Assembly (NCBI RefSeq): GCF_018977255.1
Contig: NW_024704742.1
Span: 119,290,001 to 119,354,000, forward strand
DNA from: Callorhinchus milii
Lineage: Eukaryota
DNA: 64,000 nt
Direction of reading: 5' to 3'
A program made the translations under genes and the position numbers. This document shows positions 59,972 to 64,000 of the stretch, piece after piece. The stretch's first letter is position 1, and each line of letters starts with the position of its first letter. Below the pieces are notes generated by a model that made no database searches, had not been told where the DNA came from, and saw only the letters and a list, made by a program, of their open reading frames with translations.

Positions 59972-61873
59972 ATTGATTAAGCAATACAGTCCAACATTCT
60001 GTTTGCTTTGTTTATTAATGCCTCACACTATTTTGATATAGTGAATGACGTTCCACCAACACAACTAGATCTCCTTCATTTTCCCCTTAGCAAGTTCTAT
60101 CCCATTCTTGGAGTACTTGTGTTTCCTATTCTTACTTCCTAAATGTAGTACCTTGCATTTATCAATATTACAATTGATTAGATTGAAGTTCTATAACAAC
60201 AAACTATGTAAATCATAATGTATTTATACTGATGGGGGGGTGGGTGTTACATTTTGTTACATCCTTGGTTCCAGCTGAAGTGGTTTCTGTTGAACACTTC
60301 CGGGCATGGATCATCCTTGCTTGATGCAATTTCCCTAACATTGTTCGTTCCATCTACAGAGGATGTCAGTCTCAACTTTCTTAAACTGAAAACATTTTGC
60401 TTTTGTAATGACCTTGAAGGTGTACATGACCAGAGTCACTATGGTGACAGTCATGAATGGTAGTTTCCTTCATGGTATGAAGTTTCTTAAGTTGATGTCT
60501 TTCAGTAAGCAAATATAATACTACTACAGGGCTTGTTTTTAAAATCTGTTTGCCTTTCTGCAGTCTGTAGTATAGGGTTACTAATGCAATGTGGGAAGGT
60601 CCTGATTTCCCAGTCTAAAGCTCACAACCTTCCTCTTTTGTTACTGTGTTTGAATGGAGTGTTGGACACAGGTGGGTACAACAAAAACACTTTATTTAGA
60701 AGCACAAAAAACGCTCCAGCCAGACCACATGGCGCGCTGGAAGACATTACATTACACCATGCTGGGAACAATCTCAACAAAACCTATAATTAATCCTAAT
60801 TCAGCAGGATTCATTCCGTTCACAATTAAACAAAGCAATTTAAACCAAATAATTACCAGGCTGAAAAAGCTGCCCGAGAGCCATGACTATACTTACCTAT
60901 TCTCCCTCCAGCCCATGGCCAGATGCCAGACCCAAGTTGTGGGCTACAGAAAGCTGGAACAATGAAATCTCTCTCATGGAAGGGAGGGAGGGGCAGAGTG
61001 AATGCTTGCATTGCATTGAGTCTCCAAAGCTGCTTGTCCATATTCCTATGGTGGAACCTCAGGAGGCAACTAAAAGTCAGTCACAAAGACGTCTAGTGCT
61101 AGAACATATATTTATATAGCACCTTTCACATCAAATAACTCCTCCGAGTGGTGGAATCCAAAGCAGCATTTGGTTATATAATGCATAGTTCCAAACTGGG
61201 AGTTTAATTTTCTGGCAGCAAACTCTGAGGAAAGTATATACATATCAGTATATCCTTGCATATGATATAGCCTTTTAATGTTATCAAAACATTTCAAAGC
61301 ACTTAGCAGGAATTTCTGTATATTTTGCAGGCAAACATGGCAGCCAATTTGTACACAGGAATGTCCCACAAACAGGAAAAGGGGGTGATATCAACAATAA
61401 CAACAACATTTATATAGATAAAGTGAATGACCAGTTTTATCTGGGGAATCATTAATCAGAACATCAGGAAAAGCTCTCTTCTCTTTTCAAATAATATTGT
61501 GGGATCTTTAACGTCCATCTAAACAGAGAGATAGGATCTCAGTTTAACATCTCATGCGAAGGGTATCACCTTCAACAATAATAATAATACTTGCATTTGA
61601 TGTAACGCCTTATCACATCTTCGAGATGTCTCAAAGTACTTCATAGAATTGACTATTAAAGTGAATTGACTGTATATTTTGTGTGTGGAAATAATGCAGT
61701 GTTCCCCACATTTGAACTGGAGTATCAGCCTAGACTCCACATTGCAGGCTTGTACAGGTGAACTTACATTTCAGAAACGTCTGGAGATCAGAAAATAAAT
61801 GGAGACAATTCCAGTGTACAGGAGGGAATTGTTTTGCCGTGCTGTGCAGAACGTTATTGTCTCCAGATGGAAT

Positions 61874-62261
61874 GTGGAGTCCTGTAGTGTATTGGTTAGA
61901 GCACTTGCCTCGCAAGCGAGAGGACCTGGCTTTGATTCCCAGGCAAGGCGAAATGTTAGGCAAGTTTCCTTACTCCACACGCCTCTGTTTATCTAGCAGT
62001 AAGTAGGAACCCGGTTGTTAGTTGATTAGCAGATCCCTTTTCGGAGGGTAATAATCACTTCAAAAATACAATTAAAATAAAGAAATATAATTTGGTCACT
62101 CAATCCGCGACTGTTTGTGGGACACAATTGGCTGCCGAGTTTCACCTACAAAATGAAGAGTCAATTCACTTTACAGTATATTCTGTGAAGTGCTTTGAGA
62201 CGTCTCAAAGACGTGATTAGGCAATATATCAAATGCAAGGATTATTATGACTATTATTATT
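61874..62261 (+). mobile_element. tRNA-Ala SINE long form
   Basis: As 12819-13212. Confidence 0.88.
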
Positions 62262-62557
62262 AAGACCCATTTCATGAGGTATTGATAAGCACTGAACCTG
62301 TTGACATGAACATTCTAAAAGAAATGAAACAGCTGCTGCAATTCACAGTTTATTGTTTAGCAAACACATAGTTAATATATTTTTTTACCACAGGAAGGAT
62401 ACTTTTAAATGAGGCTTTGCTTTTGATCACGAGGCACAAACTGCTCTCCATGTGACACATACAGTCTACAATCACGAATAGTACTATGTGATTCAATGAC
62501 CACTATTTTAACAGTAGTTACTCTGTCTCTATTTGTGAAGGGAAAAGGGGGTGATAT

Positions 62558-63085
62558 CAACAATAACAACAACATTTATATAGATAAAGTCTCGGAGTGC
62601 TTTCCGGGTGCGGGAGGGGGGCGGGATTGGATGCCAAATAAGGAAGAGGGGGAAGTGACAATAGATGAGGTTGAGGAAGTAGATTTTCAGGTGGGATTTA
62701 AGGAAAAATAAGAGTTTGAGACAGAAGGATTGAGGCAGGGAATTCCAAAGATTAGGGGGGTCGTAGTGGCTGAAGGCACAGCCACCAATGGTGGCACAGA
62801 GGAATCAAGGGGCCGCAACAGGCCTCTGCTAACTGAGCGAAGTGAGTGAGCAGAGGAGTGGGGTATGGGCAGGTCAGAGAGCTAGGGAGCTATTAGGGTG
62901 TGAAGTGGTTTGTACGTGAGGGTGAGAATCTTGAAGTTGATCTGTTCAGAGACAAGAAGCCAGTGGAACCTAATGAGAATTGGAATGATGGGCATGTGGA
63001 GTTTGGCGTAGACGAGGATATGAGCAGCAGAGTTTTATATTAGCTGGATCTTGTGGATGGTGGAACTGGGGGAGACCAGTGAGGA
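62558..63085 (-). mobile_element. Old L2 3' fragment
   Basis: (CAA)n tail; reverse complement of FKILTL, HWL and LWNSLP codons. Confidence 0.75.
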
Positions 63086-64000
63086 GTGTGAGGACTGCAA
63101 TATCAAGAGAAATATGAATTGCAAAAAGCTGTGATTTTGATTTGAATCAATTTATACAAAATTTAATGGATGTCAGATTTCAGAACTTATCTGGAAGAAA
63201 TTACATATCTTTAGCTATCAATACTTTGTACATTTCTATAAAGTTCATGACTTTTTTGGGTGATGTGTTTGTGAGATCAACATATAAGAGGACATTAAAA
63301 ACATCTGTACTAATGTACTAATGGAATGCTTATTTTTGATGAAGATAGATCTTTGTAGTCTCCCATTGAAAATTAAACAGAACTTGCAACTGGTCATTTG
63401 TCCCTTTCACCTCAGTTAAAATCCAGTCAATATTGATAAGATGTGCTCTACAACAACAAAAAAATTACATTTGCATACTGGTTGTAAGATCCGATGTAAA
63501 ATAAGCTTGGGTACTTGCATGGTTTCATAAGACAAAACTGCTTTCATAATGTGACAATTTCAGAATGGTCCCTGTAGGAAATGGAAAACTCGAGTTTGTG
63601 CTTAGCAGAAGAAGGAACTTTACTCCTAATCTTATTTTCCATAATAGACCTGGGAACGCTTGATCTTGAAAGTGGGCGGTCAGCCAAGAGGGATGATTTT
63701 CAATGCTGAAAGGATGTCTGTGATCTGCATTGTTTTGCTGCAAAATGAATTTTTCAATGTTCTTCTAGCAAATGGCTGTGTTTCCAGATTGTAAATATTT
63801 CAAGATTGTTTCCATTTAGGGCAGAGTTAAAATTAATTCCATTACATTTAATACATAAACTGCGCTTACTATAGTGCCTATAATGTGAAAATTTCTCAGG
63901 CACTTACTTCATAAATAATTGCTGTGAAGTGAAGTAATATGTGTATTAATAGGAAAACATCGCAGCCAATTTGCACATCAGTGTCCCACAAACAGCTATG

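Noticed and set aside
1..64000. CRISPR array, operon or prokaryotic defence system
   Set aside because: No repeat-spacer periodicity and no gene-dense coding; vertebrate retroposon landscape throughout

Overview
This is eukaryotic, AT-rich, repeat-dense non-coding DNA with no recognisable host protein-coding gene, rRNA or CRISPR array. The repeat mix (L2 and CR1 LINEs, Deu-domain SINEs, a tRNA-Ala-headed SINE with an L2 tail, Penelope pseudo-LTR fragments) points to a cartilaginous fish, probably a chimaera (inference). Nearly all long ORFs are decayed L2/CR1 ORF2 pieces or their antisense shadows. I found no novel protein-coding system. The most unusual signals are: (1) three short insertions apparently copied from templates 1.2-2 kb away; (2) a local duplication about 8-9 kb apart with a 98%-identical 150-bp core in diverged flanks; (3) two Penelope fragments, one with a mutated hammerhead ribozyme core; (4) a modular SINE with two body forms and swapped tails; (5) many degenerate palindromic elements; (6) an unclassified multi-copy repeat; (7) a possible Crypton relic; (8) a TE-poor island with candidate small exons. 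Coordinates were read by eye and old-repeat boundaries are approximate.
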